Of a DNA stretch of 64,000 nucleotides, positions 23,306 to 33,539 are shown piece by piece. A program made the position numbers and the translations under genes. Positions within the stretch are counted from its first letter, which is position 1; each line of letters starts with the position of its first letter. Under the pieces are notes generated by a model, which saw nothing but the letters and a program-made list of their open reading frames with translations, did no database searches and had not been told where the DNA came from. The stretch spans positions 192,001 through 256,000 of the forward strand of contig CAVWWD010000006.1 in NCBI GenBank assembly GCA_963758635.1, given 5' to 3'. Source of the stretch: an uncultured Candidatus Rokubacteria bacterium (GTDB taxonomy: Bacteria > Methylomirabilota > Methylomirabilia > Rokubacteriales > CSP1-6).

Positions 23306-23612
23306 AGCCTGGCGGTCCAAGATCAAGCGGCAAGGCACCGAGGCCCTCCCTTGGCGGTGGTCGGCCCGCCTGCGCGTGGAGCAGTACACGACGCGATGAT
23401 CGTGAATCCTGAGGGAGGCCGGGCACCAGTCACCCCCGCGGGAAGCACTCGCACGCCTCGCCATGCGAGAATGTCGCTGGATCGAGGGCCGGATTCGGTC
23501 AGTGACGTAAGGCGGCCCCGGCCCCCGACGTTCTGATCCGCGTCGCGCTCGCGATCAAGCCGCCGAATCGACTGGGCCCGCGCTCGCGCTCTCGGAGGTT
23601 GGAGGTGTCGGT

Positions 23613-26600
23613 GTGAAGTGTCCTCGGTGCCAGGCTGAGAACCCAGCCGGCATGAAGTTCTGCGGACAGTGCGCCACCCCCTTGGCGGCCGTCTGCGCGT
23701 CGTGTGGGGCCAGCAATCCTCCGGAGAACAAGTTCTGCGGCCAGTGTGCCGCGCCGTTGACGAACGTCGCCGAGACTCGGCTCCGGTCGCCCGACACGTA
23801 CACGCCGAAACACCTCGCCGAGCGCATCCTCATCTCCAAGGCGGCCCTCGAAGGCGAGCGCAAGCAGGTCACGGTGCTCTTCGCCGACCTCAAGGGCTCG
23901 ATGGAGCTGCTCGCCGACCGCGATCCGGAAGAGGCGCGGAGGCTTCTCGACCCGGTCCTCGAGCTGATGATGGAGGCCGTCCACCGCTACGAGGGCACGG
24001 TGAACCAGGTGATGGGCGACGGGATCATGGCGCTGTTCGGGGCGCCGCTGGCGCTGGAGGACCACGCGCTGCGCGCCTGCTACGCGGCGGTGCGCATGCA
24101 GGAGGCGGTAAAGCGTCACGCCGAGGCGATACGGCGGGACCGGGGCATCGCGCTGCGGATCCGCGTCGGCCTGAACTCCGGCGACGTGGTCGTACGAACG
24201 ATCGGCTCCGACCTTCACATGGACTACACCGCGGTGGGTCAGACCACCCACCTCGCCGCGCGCATGGAGCAGCTCGCCGATCCCGGCACCACGCTCCTGA
24301 CCGCGGAGACGCGGGCGCTCGCCGGCGTGTTCGTCGAGGTCGCCTCGCTCGGGCCCATCGCGATCAGGGGACTGTCCGGCCCGGTTGAAGCCTACGAGCT
24401 GTCAGGGATCAGCGACGTGCGTTCGCGGCTTCACGCCGCCGTCGCGCGCGGGCTCTCGCCGTTCGTCGGCCGGAACGCCGAGATCGATCAGCTCCTGCGC
24501 GCCGTCGAGCAGGTCGGGCAGGGGCGCGGCCAGGTGGCCGCGGTCGTGGGCGAGCCGGGCGTGGGCAAGTCGCGCCTCACGTTCGAGCTCACCCACTCCT
24601 CGCGGCTCGACGGGTGGCGGGTCCTCGAGGCGGGCGCATCGTCCCATGGCGCGGCGACGAGCTACCTGGCCGCCGCCGCCCTGCTGGCGAGTCTGCCTCG
24701 GGCTGGGGAAGCGCGACACCCCCGCGGAGATCCGCGGGCGAATCGGGACACGGCTCGCCGGGCTCGGTGAAGACCTCTGGCCGGCCGCGCCGGCCCTCGA
24801 GGCGCTCCTCGGCGTTCCCGTCGAGAGCCCGCGGTGGCAAGCGCTCGAGCCTCGCCAGCGCCGGCAGCACACCCTCGAAGCGCTGACGCACCTGTTCGTC
24901 CGCGAGAGCCAGATCCAGCCACTGCTGCTGCACGTCGAGGACCTGCACTGGATCGACGCCGAGACCCAGGCCTGGCTCGACGTGCTCGTCGACGCGATCC
25001 CCGCCGCCCGCATCCTGCTCCTGGTGACCTATCGCCCCGAATACCAGCATCGCTGGGGGAGCCGGACCTACTACGCGCAGCTCAGAGTCGATCCGCTCCC
25101 GCGCGATGGGGCCGAGGGCCTGCTGCTGGCCTTGCTGGGGGACGCCGCCGAGCTGGCTCCGCTCCGCACGCTGCTCATCCGGCGAACCGAGGGCAACCCG
25201 TTCTTCCTCGAGGAGAGCGTGCAGGCCCTCGCGGAGACCAAGGTCCTGGTCGGGGAGCGCGGGGCGTATCGCCTCGGGCAATCACTCGGCGACGTGCAAG
25301 TCCCGGCCACGGTCCAGGCCATCCTGGCCGCGCGGATCGACCGGCTCCCGGCGGCCGAGAAGCAGTTGCTGCAGTCGGCCGCCGTCGTCGGAAAGGACGT
25401 CCCGTTCGCGCTCCTGCGCGCGCTCACCGATACGCGCGAGGAGGACGTGCGCCGCCAGCTCGCCGCGCTGCAAGCCGCCGAGTTCCTGTACGAGACGCGC
25501 CTGTTCCCCGAGCCGGAGTACACGTTCAAGCACGCGCTGACCCAGGAGGTGGCGTACGGCGGCCTGCTCACCGAGCGGCGGCGCGCGATCCACGCCCGGA
25601 TCGTCGAGGAGATCGAGCGGGTCCAGGGCGACCGTCCCGCGGACGAGGCCGAGCGGCTCGCCCATCACGCCGTGCGCGCGGAGCTGTGGGAGCAGGCCCT
25701 GCGCTACGGCAGAGAGGCCGGCGGCAAGGCGCTGGCGCGGTGGGCCTTGAGCGATGCGCGCACGCATCTGGAGCACGCCCTCGCCGCGACCGCGCATCTG
25801 CCCGAGAGCCGCCAGACCGTCGAGCAGATGGTGGACGTCCGCCTCGATCTGCGTACGGCCATCCACCAGCTCGGGGAGGTCGAGCGGGGCGAACGGCTCA
25901 CGCGCGAGGCCGCCTCGCTGAGCGAGCGCCTCGGAGACGACGATCGCATCGGCAAGGCATCTCACGCGCTGAGCGTCTCTCTCTGGATGCTGGGGCGTTC
26001 CGACGATGCGCTGGAACCCCAACGCGCGGGCGATCGCCATCGCCGAGTCGACCGGCGACACGGCGCTGGGCCATCAAGCCCAGGCGCAGCGCGCTCGCCT
26101 GCATCACGATCAGGGCGACTACCGGCAGGCCGCTGCAGCGCTGCGCGACAGTCTCGGACGCGCTCGAAGCGGCGGGAGAGATGTCCTCCTCCCTCTAGGC
26201 GCCGCGCCGCTCGTCGCGTCGAGCACCGCCTACCTGGGGTGGTCGCTCGCCGAGCTCGGTGAGTTCGAGGAAGCGGCGCGGCGGACGGAGGCGGTGCTGC
26301 GCCTCGTCGAGACGATGGGCAACCCGATGGGCGTCATGATGGCGTGCATGGGCGTGGGAATGGTCCACGTCCGGCAGGGCAACGCGCCGCCGCCATCGCC
26401 CCTCTCGAGCGTGGCTTGCGCATCTGCCATCAGTTCGGCTTGACCGCCCTCATCTTCCACGGGATCGCCGCATCGCTGGGTGCCGCGTACGCGCTGGTGA
26501 ACCGCGAGGCCGAAGGCATCCCTCTGCTGCGCAAGGTGGCGGACCAGTCATGGTCGATGAAGCTGGTTTCCGACCACCTGATCGGGGCGATCCCGCTCGC

Positions 26601-26979
26601 CGGGGTCTGGTTATCCATGGGGCGCCTCGACGAGGCCGACCAGCTCGCACGGCAGTCCCTCGAACGCGCCCGCGCGCACGGGCAGCGCGGGCACGAGGCC
26701 CATGCGCTGCGTCTGCTCGGCGCGGTCGCCGCTCACCGCGATCGGCCCGACGTGCCCACCGCCGAGACCAACCACCTCGCTGCGCTCGAGCTCGCCGGAG
26801 CGCTCGGCATGCGGCCGCTGGTCGCCCACTGCCATCTCGGCCTCGGCACGCTGTACCGGCGGACAGGCAACCTCCGACAGGCGGAGGAGCACGTCACCAG
26901 CGCCACGACGATGTACCGCGACATGGACATGCGGTTCTGGCTGGAGAAGGCGGACGGTGAGCTGACGGAGTCGGCGTGA
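23613..26979 (+). CDS. Double zinc ribbon - class III cyclase - AAA ATPase - TPR protein (frameshifted)
   Basis: Repeated CxxC, ERKQVTVLFADLKGS, MGDGIMALFGAP, GEPGVGKSRL, EDLHW, GNPFFLEE, YTFKHAL, ALGMRPLVAHCH. Confidence 0.88.
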
Positions 26980-27006
26980 TCCGCCGCCTTCCGCAGGACG
27001 GCTGGG

Positions 27007-27654
27007 TTGCCCGTCGTGAACGGGCCTGAGTTCCCGCGACGTGCTGGGGTGCTCCTGGCGGTCCTGGCCGCGCTGCTTGCCGCGGTCCACGGCGGCCCGG
27101 CCAGCGCTGCCGATCGAGAACCCGTCAGCGTCCTGGTCGTCTACCACTCGGCCACCGGCAACACGGAGAAAATGGCCCAGGCAGTGGCGGAGGGGGCGAA
27201 GGCCGTCCCGGCCACGAGCGTCGTTCTGAAACGGGTCGGCGAGGTCGACGCCAGCGACTTGTCGTCCTCCGATGCGGTCATCGTCGGGTCGCCCGTCTAC
27301 TTCGCGAACATGTCGGGAGAGATCAAGACCTTCTTCGACAACTGGTCGCTGAAGTTCGACCTGTTCAGGGACCGCAAGATGCGCGACAAGGTCGGCGCGG
27401 CGTTCTCGACGGGCGCGTCCGTCTCCGCCGGGAAGGAATTCACGATCCTGGCCATCCTCGCCGCCATGCTCAACAATCAGATGATCATCGTGAGCGGCGG
27501 CGAAGGCTTCGGTGCGAGCGCCACCACCGGCCCCGACTCGCCCGGGATCGACGAGAAGGAGCTCGCGTCCGCGCGCGACCTCGGGCGGCGCGTGGCGGAA
27601 GTCACCGCCGTCGTGAAGCGAGGATCCGGCCGGATGATCCCGGGACGACCCTGA
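27007..27654 (+). CDS. Flavodoxin/WrbA-like NAD(P)H-dependent oxidoreductase with signal peptide
   Basis: VVYHSATGNTEKMA, GSPVYF, KVGAAF. Confidence 0.8.
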   Translation: MPVVNGPEFPRRAGVLLAVLAALLAAVHGGPASAADREPVSVLVVYHSATGNTEKMAQAVAEGAKAVPATSVVLKRVGEVDASDLSSSDAVIVGSPVYFANMSGEIKTFFDNWSLKFDLFRDRKMRDKVGAAFSTGASVSAGKEFTILAILAAMLNNQMIIVSGGEGFGASATTGPDSPGIDEKELASARDLGRRVAEVTAVVKRGSGRMIPGRP

Positions 27655-27730
27655 AAGGGGCGGGCTTGCCGCAAGCCGGCGGTTCGACCTCCGACGAGCC
27701 GGCGCCCGCCCCGCGAGGGGCCCCGTCGGG

Positions 27731-28474
27731 CTAGCGGCGGGCGATGAGACGCCGGAACGAGGCGCCGTACGTGAAGCCGTAGCCGTCGGCGAGCTCGGCC
27801 GAGCGCTGCTTCATGCGCGTGCCCAGCGTCTCGCCCTCCGGCACGTTGAAGCCGGGGATCTGGGACGCGTGACGGATCGCCGCGGCGATCTGGCGGTCGA
27901 TGCCCGCCGTCACGTCCACGATGATCTCCGCCTCGTCCGGCCCCCAGTACCAGAGCTCGCGCACCTTGTGCGGCTCGAGGCCCTCCTGGGTGATCTGCTC
28001 CGGGAAGTGCAGGTGGTCGCGCGCGAACGGGTACACGGCGTCCTGCGTGGCCATGCCGGCGGCGCGATGGTCGCGGTGCTGGAAGCCCTTCGTCCGGAAC
28101 GGGTCGTGGGTGAGGACGGTGTCCGGCCGGTAGCGGCGGATGGCGCGCACGACGTCGCCCAGCAGCTCGCGCGTGTTCTCCAGGCCGCCGTCCGGATAGC
28201 CGAGCATGGCCACGTGCTTGACGCCCATGAAGTCGGCGGCGGCGCGCTGCTCGGCGGCGCGGCGCTCGGCGAGCTGGGCGGACGTCAGCGAGCGGTCGGC
28301 GGTGCCGGCGCTGCCGTTGGTGCACAGCACGTAAGACACCTCGCACCCCGCGGCGACCCAGCACGCCACCACGCCGCCCGCGCCCAGCTCGGCGTCGTCG
28401 GGGTGGGCGAAGACGACCATGGCGCGCTTCGGGACGTCGGTCACGATCTCGAGCTTCCGGTTGTCGGTAGGCAT
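27731..28474 (-). CDS. PIG-L family deacetylase
   Basis: AHPDDAE, LGYPDG, HRDH, HASQ. Confidence 0.88.
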   Translation of the reverse strand: MPTDNRKLEIVTDVPKRAMVVFAHPDDAELGAGGVVACWVAAGCEVSYVLCTNGSAGTADRSLTSAQLAERRAAEQRAAADFMGVKHVAMLGYPDGGLENTRELLGDVVRAIRRYRPDTVLTHDPFRTKGFQHRDHRAAGMATQDAVYPFARDHLHFPEQITQEGLEPHKVRELWYWGPDEAEIIVDVTAGIDRQIAAAIRHASQIPGFNVPEGETLGTRMKQRSAELADGYGFTYGASFRRLIARR

Positions 28475-28597
28475 GACGGCGATTCTACAGGATCGCCCAA
28501 GGGGCGGGGCCCGCGGGATGCCGCCGCCGGACAGTGAGTGATATCGTGTGGCGCGGCCGCGGCGCGACAAGGCAGCGGCCCGAGGGAGACGATTCCA

Positions 28598-29533
28598 ATG
28601 CGCTTCGGCATCTTCACCAGCATGGGCAACCAGACGTGGGCCGGCGTCCTCGACCTCTGGAAGCATCTCGAGGCCACGGGCTGGGACATCGCGTGCGTGA
28701 CCGACCACTTCATGCCCAACACCAAGGAGCGCGAGGGGGCGATGCTCGAGGCGTGGAGCACGCTCAGCGCGCTCTCCGCCCTCGTCCCGCGCATGCGCGT
28801 GGGCACCATCGTCCTCGGCAATACCTACCGGCATCCGGCGGTGGTGGCGAAGATGGGCGCGCAGGTGGACATCATCACCGGCGGCCGGCTGCTCCTGGGC
28901 CTGGGCGCGGGCTGGCAGCAGAACGAGCACGAGGCGTACGGCATCCCCTTCCTCACCATGCGCGAGCGGCTGGAGCGGCTGGACGAGGCCTGCGAGGTCA
29001 TCCGGTCCCTGTGGACGCAGAAGCGCAGCACGTTCAAGGGCCGCTACTACCAGCTCTCCGACGCGCCGCTCGATCCCAAGCCCGTGCAGTCGCCGCACCC
29101 CGAGCTGATGATCGGCGGCGGCGGCGAGAAGGTCACCCTCCGCATCGTGGCGAAGCACGCCGACCACTGGAACGTCTGGGGCGGCCCGCAGGTGCTCGCG
29201 CGCAAGGGCGCGATCCTCGACGAGCACTGCAAGGCGGTGGGACGCGACCCGAAGAGCATCAAGCGCTCGGTCAACATGGCGCTGCTCATCACCGACGATC
29301 CCGCGGAGGTGGACAAGCTGGCCGACGGCATCATGCGGCGCATGGGCCGGCACGCCTCCGATGCGCGGGACACGTGCCTGGCCGGCACGCCCGATCAGAT
29401 CCGCGAGCAGCTCCGGCAGGTCAAGGCGGCGGGCGGCGAGACGGTCTTCATCCCGTCCATGTTCCGTCCCATGGACGAGTGGCGCCGGGACCTGGATCGC
29501 TTCATCAAGGAGATCGCGCCGGCCTTCCGCTGA
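28598..29533 (+). CDS. LLM-class flavin/F420-dependent oxidoreductase
   Basis: VTDHF, EAWSTL, NTYRHPAVVAK, GRLLLGLGAGWQQNEH, IGGGGEKVTLR. Confidence 0.88.
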   Translation: MRFGIFTSMGNQTWAGVLDLWKHLEATGWDIACVTDHFMPNTKEREGAMLEAWSTLSALSALVPRMRVGTIVLGNTYRHPAVVAKMGAQVDIITGGRLLLGLGAGWQQNEHEAYGIPFLTMRERLERLDEACEVIRSLWTQKRSTFKGRYYQLSDAPLDPKPVQSPHPELMIGGGGEKVTLRIVAKHADHWNVWGGPQVLARKGAILDEHCKAVGRDPKSIKRSVNMALLITDDPAEVDKLADGIMRRMGRHASDARDTCLAGTPDQIREQLRQVKAAGGETVFIPSMFRPMDEWRRDLDRFIKEIAPAFR

Positions 29534-29534
29534 G

Positions 29535-29854
29535 CTACACGCGCACGACCACCGCGCCCTCCGCGGCCAGCACCGCGGAGACCCACGTGCGCCGGCGCCG
29601 CTCCCGGCGTCGGCGCTGAAGCGGCGCCCGCCCTTCGGTCCGGCGCCGGCGGTCTCCGTGACGCCGATCCACGATGGCCCCGAACCCGGCGGTCACGTTG
29701 AACGGCCCGAGCAGCGCAACAGCTCGGCCTGGTCGCGGCGCACAACCAGGAGGAGCGGCTGGAGGTAGCGCTTGTCGTCCTCCGGCTGATCCTCGCCAGC
29801 AGCGCGCGGGTCCACCCCGGGCGGCTGCGTACCTGGTTCCTCGATCGTGGCCAT
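29535..29854 (-). CDS. Hypothetical protein with DRRxxDRR-type tail (one frameshift)
   Basis: MATIEEPG..LLLVVRRDQAELL / ..IVDRRHGDRRRR..ERRRRTWVSAVLAAEGAVVVRV*. Confidence 0.45.
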
Positions 29855-29880
29855 CTCGAAGCCCTCCCCTCGCTCCGCGT

Positions 29881-30005
29881 TCAAAGCGTCTTCAGATACT
29901 CGATGAGGTCGCGCCGATCCTCCGCGGACAGGTCCGTGCCGTACGCATGGCCGGCGCCGTGGCGCACAGGAGAAGCGCTCCGAGGACGCTCAGGGCCCGG
30001 ATCAT
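29881..30005 (-). pseudogene. Collapsed gene: signal-peptide start joined out of frame to a cytochrome-c-like C-terminus
   Basis: MIRALSVLGALLLCATAP followed in another frame by GHAYGTDLSAEDRRDLIEYLKTL*. Confidence 0.6.
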
Positions 30006-30229
30006 CCGGGGGATTCTACCTCAGCGCCACCCGGCCCACGGCCGCGCGCCCAGCCCCAGCGTGACGCCCTCCCACGGCCTCCGGGCCACGGCCCCGTGTG
30101 ACGGCGCGCGCACGTTCCGCTGCGTCGATCAAGCCTTGACGCGGCCGCGGCGGCAGAGGAGCATCGGTGCCGGGAACGCGAACCCCTGTCACCGGCCCGC
30201 GGCCGCGGGCCGTCGCGAGGAGCCGCTCA

Positions 30230-31105
30230 ATGGCCTTTGCCAACCCGCAGTACCTCGTATCGACGGACTGGCTCGCCGGGCATCTGGACGATCCCGGCGT
30301 GCGGGTGCTCGAGTGCACCGTGTACCTGAACCCCGCGCCCGATACGCCGGGCGGCTTCACCGTGGAGTCCGGCCGGGCGAAGTGGGCCGAGGGCCACATT
30401 CCGGGCGCGGGCTTCGTGGACCTGCAGCAGGAGATCTCCGACACGAGCTCCTCGCTGCGCTTCATGATGCCGTCCGCCGCTCGGTTCGAGGAGGCGATGG
30501 GGCGGCACGGCGTCGGCGACGGCGTGCGCGTCGTGCTCTACGACCGCGCCGTCAACATGTGGGCGGCGCGCGTGTGGTGGATGCTGCGCGCCTTCGGCTT
30601 CGACACGGCCGCCGTGCTCGACGGCGGCTTCAAGAAGTGGACGCTCGAGGGCCGCGCGGTCGCCACCGACGACGGCGCGCGCCCGGCCCGGCGGTTCACG
30701 GCGCGTCCGCGGCCGGCCCTCATCGCCGACCGGGCCCAGGTGCTGTCCGGCGTGGGCGATCGCGCCACGTGCCTGGTCAACGCCCTCAGCGAGGAGCAGC
30801 ACGCGGGCACGGGCGGCGCCAGCTACGGCCGCCCCGGCCACATCACGGGAAGCGTCAACGTGGCCGCGCGCGGCCTCGTGGACCCGCAGACGCACGCCTA
30901 CCTGCCCGACGACGTCCTGCGCCAGCGCTTCACCGCGGCGGGCGCGCTCGGCGACCGGCGCGTCATCACGTACTGCGGCGGCGGCATCGCCGCGTCCAGC
31001 GACGCGTTCGTCCTGGCGCTGCTCGGCAAGGAGGACGTCGCCGTCTACGACGCCTCGCTGTCGGAGTGGGCGGCCGACCCCGCGCTGCCCATGGAGCGCG
31101 GGTGA
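30230..31105 (+). CDS. Sulfurtransferase (tandem rhodanese, SseA/MPST-like)
   Basis: LVSTDWL, GHIPGA, AARVWWML, LDGG, active site YCGGGIAA, YDASLSEW. Confidence 0.9.
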   Translation: MAFANPQYLVSTDWLAGHLDDPGVRVLECTVYLNPAPDTPGGFTVESGRAKWAEGHIPGAGFVDLQQEISDTSSSLRFMMPSAARFEEAMGRHGVGDGVRVVLYDRAVNMWAARVWWMLRAFGFDTAAVLDGGFKKWTLEGRAVATDDGARPARRFTARPRPALIADRAQVLSGVGDRATCLVNALSEEQHAGTGGASYGRPGHITGSVNVAARGLVDPQTHAYLPDDVLRQRFTAAGALGDRRVITYCGGGIAASSDAFVLALLGKEDVAVYDASLSEWAADPALPMERG

Positions 31106-31124
31106 GCGCACGCCACGCCCGTCC

Positions 31125-31952
31125 GTGCTGAGGCGGCTCGCGCTCGCGCTCGTCCTCGCGGCCGCGCTCGCCGGCTGTCCGCGCCCGCCACTCGTGGTGG
31201 ACACGTCCGGCCCGTCCACGCCGGTCGACGCCGCGCTCTACTGGTACTACGAGGGCCGGAGCTGGGTACGCGCGAGCCGGGTCGAGGGCGACCTCGCCCG
31301 CGCGCTCGTGTGGGCGGGCGACCACCACCTGTGGGTCGAGATGCCGCGCGCCGGCCTCACCGACGAGGCGGCGCGTCTGGCCGGCCGCCGTCGCGCCGTG
31401 CGTGACCGGATCGTGTGGATGGAATGCCTCGATCCGCGCGACCCCGGCGGCGGCACCGCCGAGGCCCAGATGGCGCGCCTGCGCAAGATCACCGGCGAGC
31501 GCTTCGACACGCCGCGCGCCTGGTCCGCCTGGTGGCAGGAGCACGGCGAGCGGCTGATCCCGGGACGCGGCAGCGCGCTCGTGGTGGGCCCGCTGCCGCC
31601 GGCGCCCGCCGAACCGCCGGCGCCCGGCGCTCCCGCGGCGATCCTCTCGTTGCGCGTGGCCCGCCAGGCGCCCGACACGGTGCTGCTCGCGATCGAGTAC
31701 GAGTACGACGGGACGGACGGCGCCTCGCTCGGCGCCATCACGCTGCTCGACGGCGCGTCCACCGGCCACTGGGCCTACAAGCCCGCGCCGGTCTTCCGCG
31801 GCCGCCACACCGCCTACGTGCCGGTGTCGATCAACGCGAAGGCGCCCGAGACGCACCGCACCAACCAGGTGCGCGCCGAGCTCTACGTGAGCCGGCGTCC
31901 CGTGGCCGACGCGGTGTTCCCGCTGGAGAAGACGTGGGTGAAAGCGCCGTGA
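31125..31952 (+). CDS. Hypothetical lipoprotein
   Basis: Signal peptide with lipobox LAGC. Confidence 0.6.
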   Translation: MLRRLALALVLAAALAGCPRPPLVVDTSGPSTPVDAALYWYYEGRSWVRASRVEGDLARALVWAGDHHLWVEMPRAGLTDEAARLAGRRRAVRDRIVWMECLDPRDPGGGTAEAQMARLRKITGERFDTPRAWSAWWQEHGERLIPGRGSALVVGPLPPAPAEPPAPGAPAAILSLRVARQAPDTVLLAIEYEYDGTDGASLGAITLLDGASTGHWAYKPAPVFRGRHTAYVPVSINAKAPETHRTNQVRAELYVSRRPVADAVFPLEKTWVKAP

Positions 31953-32017
31953 AGGTGCAGCAGACGGTGAGAGGGCAGGGTGAGGGGCGAACGAGCAGGC
32001 CGTCGAGAGGAGAGCGC

Positions 32018-32497
32018 ATGACGGGCGAGCACGAGCGAGTGATCGAGAGGATCCGGTCGTCGGCCGCCGCGGTGGCGGCGGCGGTGCGGGCGGTGCCGGC
32101 CGGCACGGCGCGGCAGGAGCCGGCGCCCGGCGAGTGGTCGGTGCACGAGACGCTGGCCCACGCGCGGAACGTCGCCGTGCTGTGCCTGGGCCTGCGGATC
32201 AAGCGGCTGCTCTACGAGCGCGATCCCGTGTTCGGCGACTACGACGACGAGCCGGTCCGGCGCGACGCCGTGGCGCGCCCCGAGCCGCTCGAGCAGGTGC
32301 TCGAGATGCTGGTCTCCGAGCACGCGCAGCTCGCCGGGCTCCTGTCGAGGCTGCCGGACGCGGACTGGACGCGGTCGGGCCGGCACCCGGAGCGGGGCGA
32401 GATGTCCATCGAGATGATCGCGGGGTTCGCGGGTGAGCACGCCGAGGACCACGCCGGCCAGATCGCGCGGGCGGCGGAGGCCCTGCGCGCTCGGTAG
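32018..32497 (+). CDS. DinB-family protein
   Basis: GEWSVHETLAH, WTRSGRHPERG, HAEDH. Confidence 0.8.
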   Translation: MTGEHERVIERIRSSAAAVAAAVRAVPAGTARQEPAPGEWSVHETLAHARNVAVLCLGLRIKRLLYERDPVFGDYDDEPVRRDAVARPEPLEQVLEMLVSEHAQLAGLLSRLPDADWTRSGRHPERGEMSIEMIAGFAGEHAEDHAGQIARAAEALRAR

Positions 32498-32570
32498 CGG
32501 CGTAGCGCCGCGTGCGGCGTCACGGCCGCCTCCCTCTACCTCCATCACGAGACACGCCGGGAGAGCGCAC

Positions 32571-33179
32571 ATGGCCAACGAGCGCGGATTCCTTCCCAAG
32601 GCCGACCCCGCCGAGCTGGGCGAGCAGCTCCAGCGCCGGCTCGAACGCTGGCGGCAGAACGCCTACGACGACGACAACCTCTTCCTGACCATGGCGCGCC
32701 GTCCGGGCCTGCTCGACGCCACGTGGGGCTTCATCCGGTACATCTACGGCGGCGAGTCCACGATCGATCCCGCGCTGTTCGAGCTGGTGCGGGTGCGGCT
32801 GGCGTGGAACAACCGCTGCGTCCACTGAAGCCTCGCGCGCTCGTCCTCGGCCGTGAGCCGGGGCGCCACGGAAGACCTGGTCGCCAAGCTCGCCGACTAC
32901 GAGGCCTCCGACCTGCCCGAGCGGACGAAGGCCGCGCTGCGCTTCGCCGACAAGCTCTCCGGCGACCACCGCGCGATCGACGCCGCGTTCCTCGCCGGGC
33001 TCCGCGACCACTTCACCGACGACGAGATCCTGGACCTCGGCATGACGATCGCGTTCGTCTCAGGCTGGCAGCGGTTCATCGAGGCCGTCGGCATCCTCCC
33101 CGACCACTGGCGCGAGGGCGGCCCCTCCCCCTTCCAGGCCCTGTTCGCTCCGGACACCCCGCGCGCCCCGGGCGCGTGA
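32571..33179 (+). CDS. AhpD/carboxymuconolactone-decarboxylase-like selenoprotein (UGA=Sec at 32826-32828)
   Basis: ELVRVRLAWNNRCVH-TGA-SLARS.. continues in frame to LPERTKAALRFADKL..HFTDDEILDLG; CxxU motif; 202 aa in total. Confidence 0.8.
32842..32865 (+). promoter_or_regulatory. Putative bacterial SECIS hairpin
   Basis: CG[T]CCTCGGC-CGTGA-GCCGGGGCG; apical loop starts 24 nt after UGA with G at loop position 2. Confidence 0.6.
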
Positions 33180-33200
33180 CGCCGCGCCAGGGCACGCGGC

Positions 33201-33338
33201 GGGGGGGCGGAGGCCCGGGGTCGCGGGGCGACGTCGCACGCGTGCGCTACCCCGCTGGGACTGGGCTCCATCCGGGCGCACGGGGTCCGATGCCCGTTGG
33301 AGGGGAAGCACCCCGCGACCCCGGGCCTCCGCCCCCCC
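33201..33338 (+). repeat. Palindromic MITE/REP-like element, copy 1
   Basis: Perfect 28-bp terminal inverted repeats at 33201-33228 and 33311-33338. Confidence 0.75.
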
Positions 33339-33372
33339 ACCGCTCCCGCCGCGTGCTCCGTCAGCGGAACGC

Positions 33373-33522
33373 CGGGGGCGGCGGGGAGGCACCGGGGGTC
33401 GCGGGGCCCTTCCCCTCCATCCGGCGACGGACGCCACGTGGCCGGATGGAGCCCAGTCCCAGCGGGGCAGCGGACGCGTGCGGCGTGGTTCCGCGACCCC
33501 CGGTGCCTCCCCGCCGCCCCCG
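33373..33522 (-). repeat. Palindromic MITE/REP-like element, copy 2 (inverted)
   Basis: Perfect 32-bp terminal inverted repeats at 33373-33404 and 33491-33522; shares a 26-nt core with copy 1. Confidence 0.75.
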
Positions 33523-33539
33523 CCGCGCGCGGAGGCGCG

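Noticed and set aside
27655..27730. tRNA-like fragment (GGTTCGACC) between convergent genes
   Set aside because: It has no D or anticodon arm and no CCA; it is only a GC-rich hairpin, possibly a terminator.
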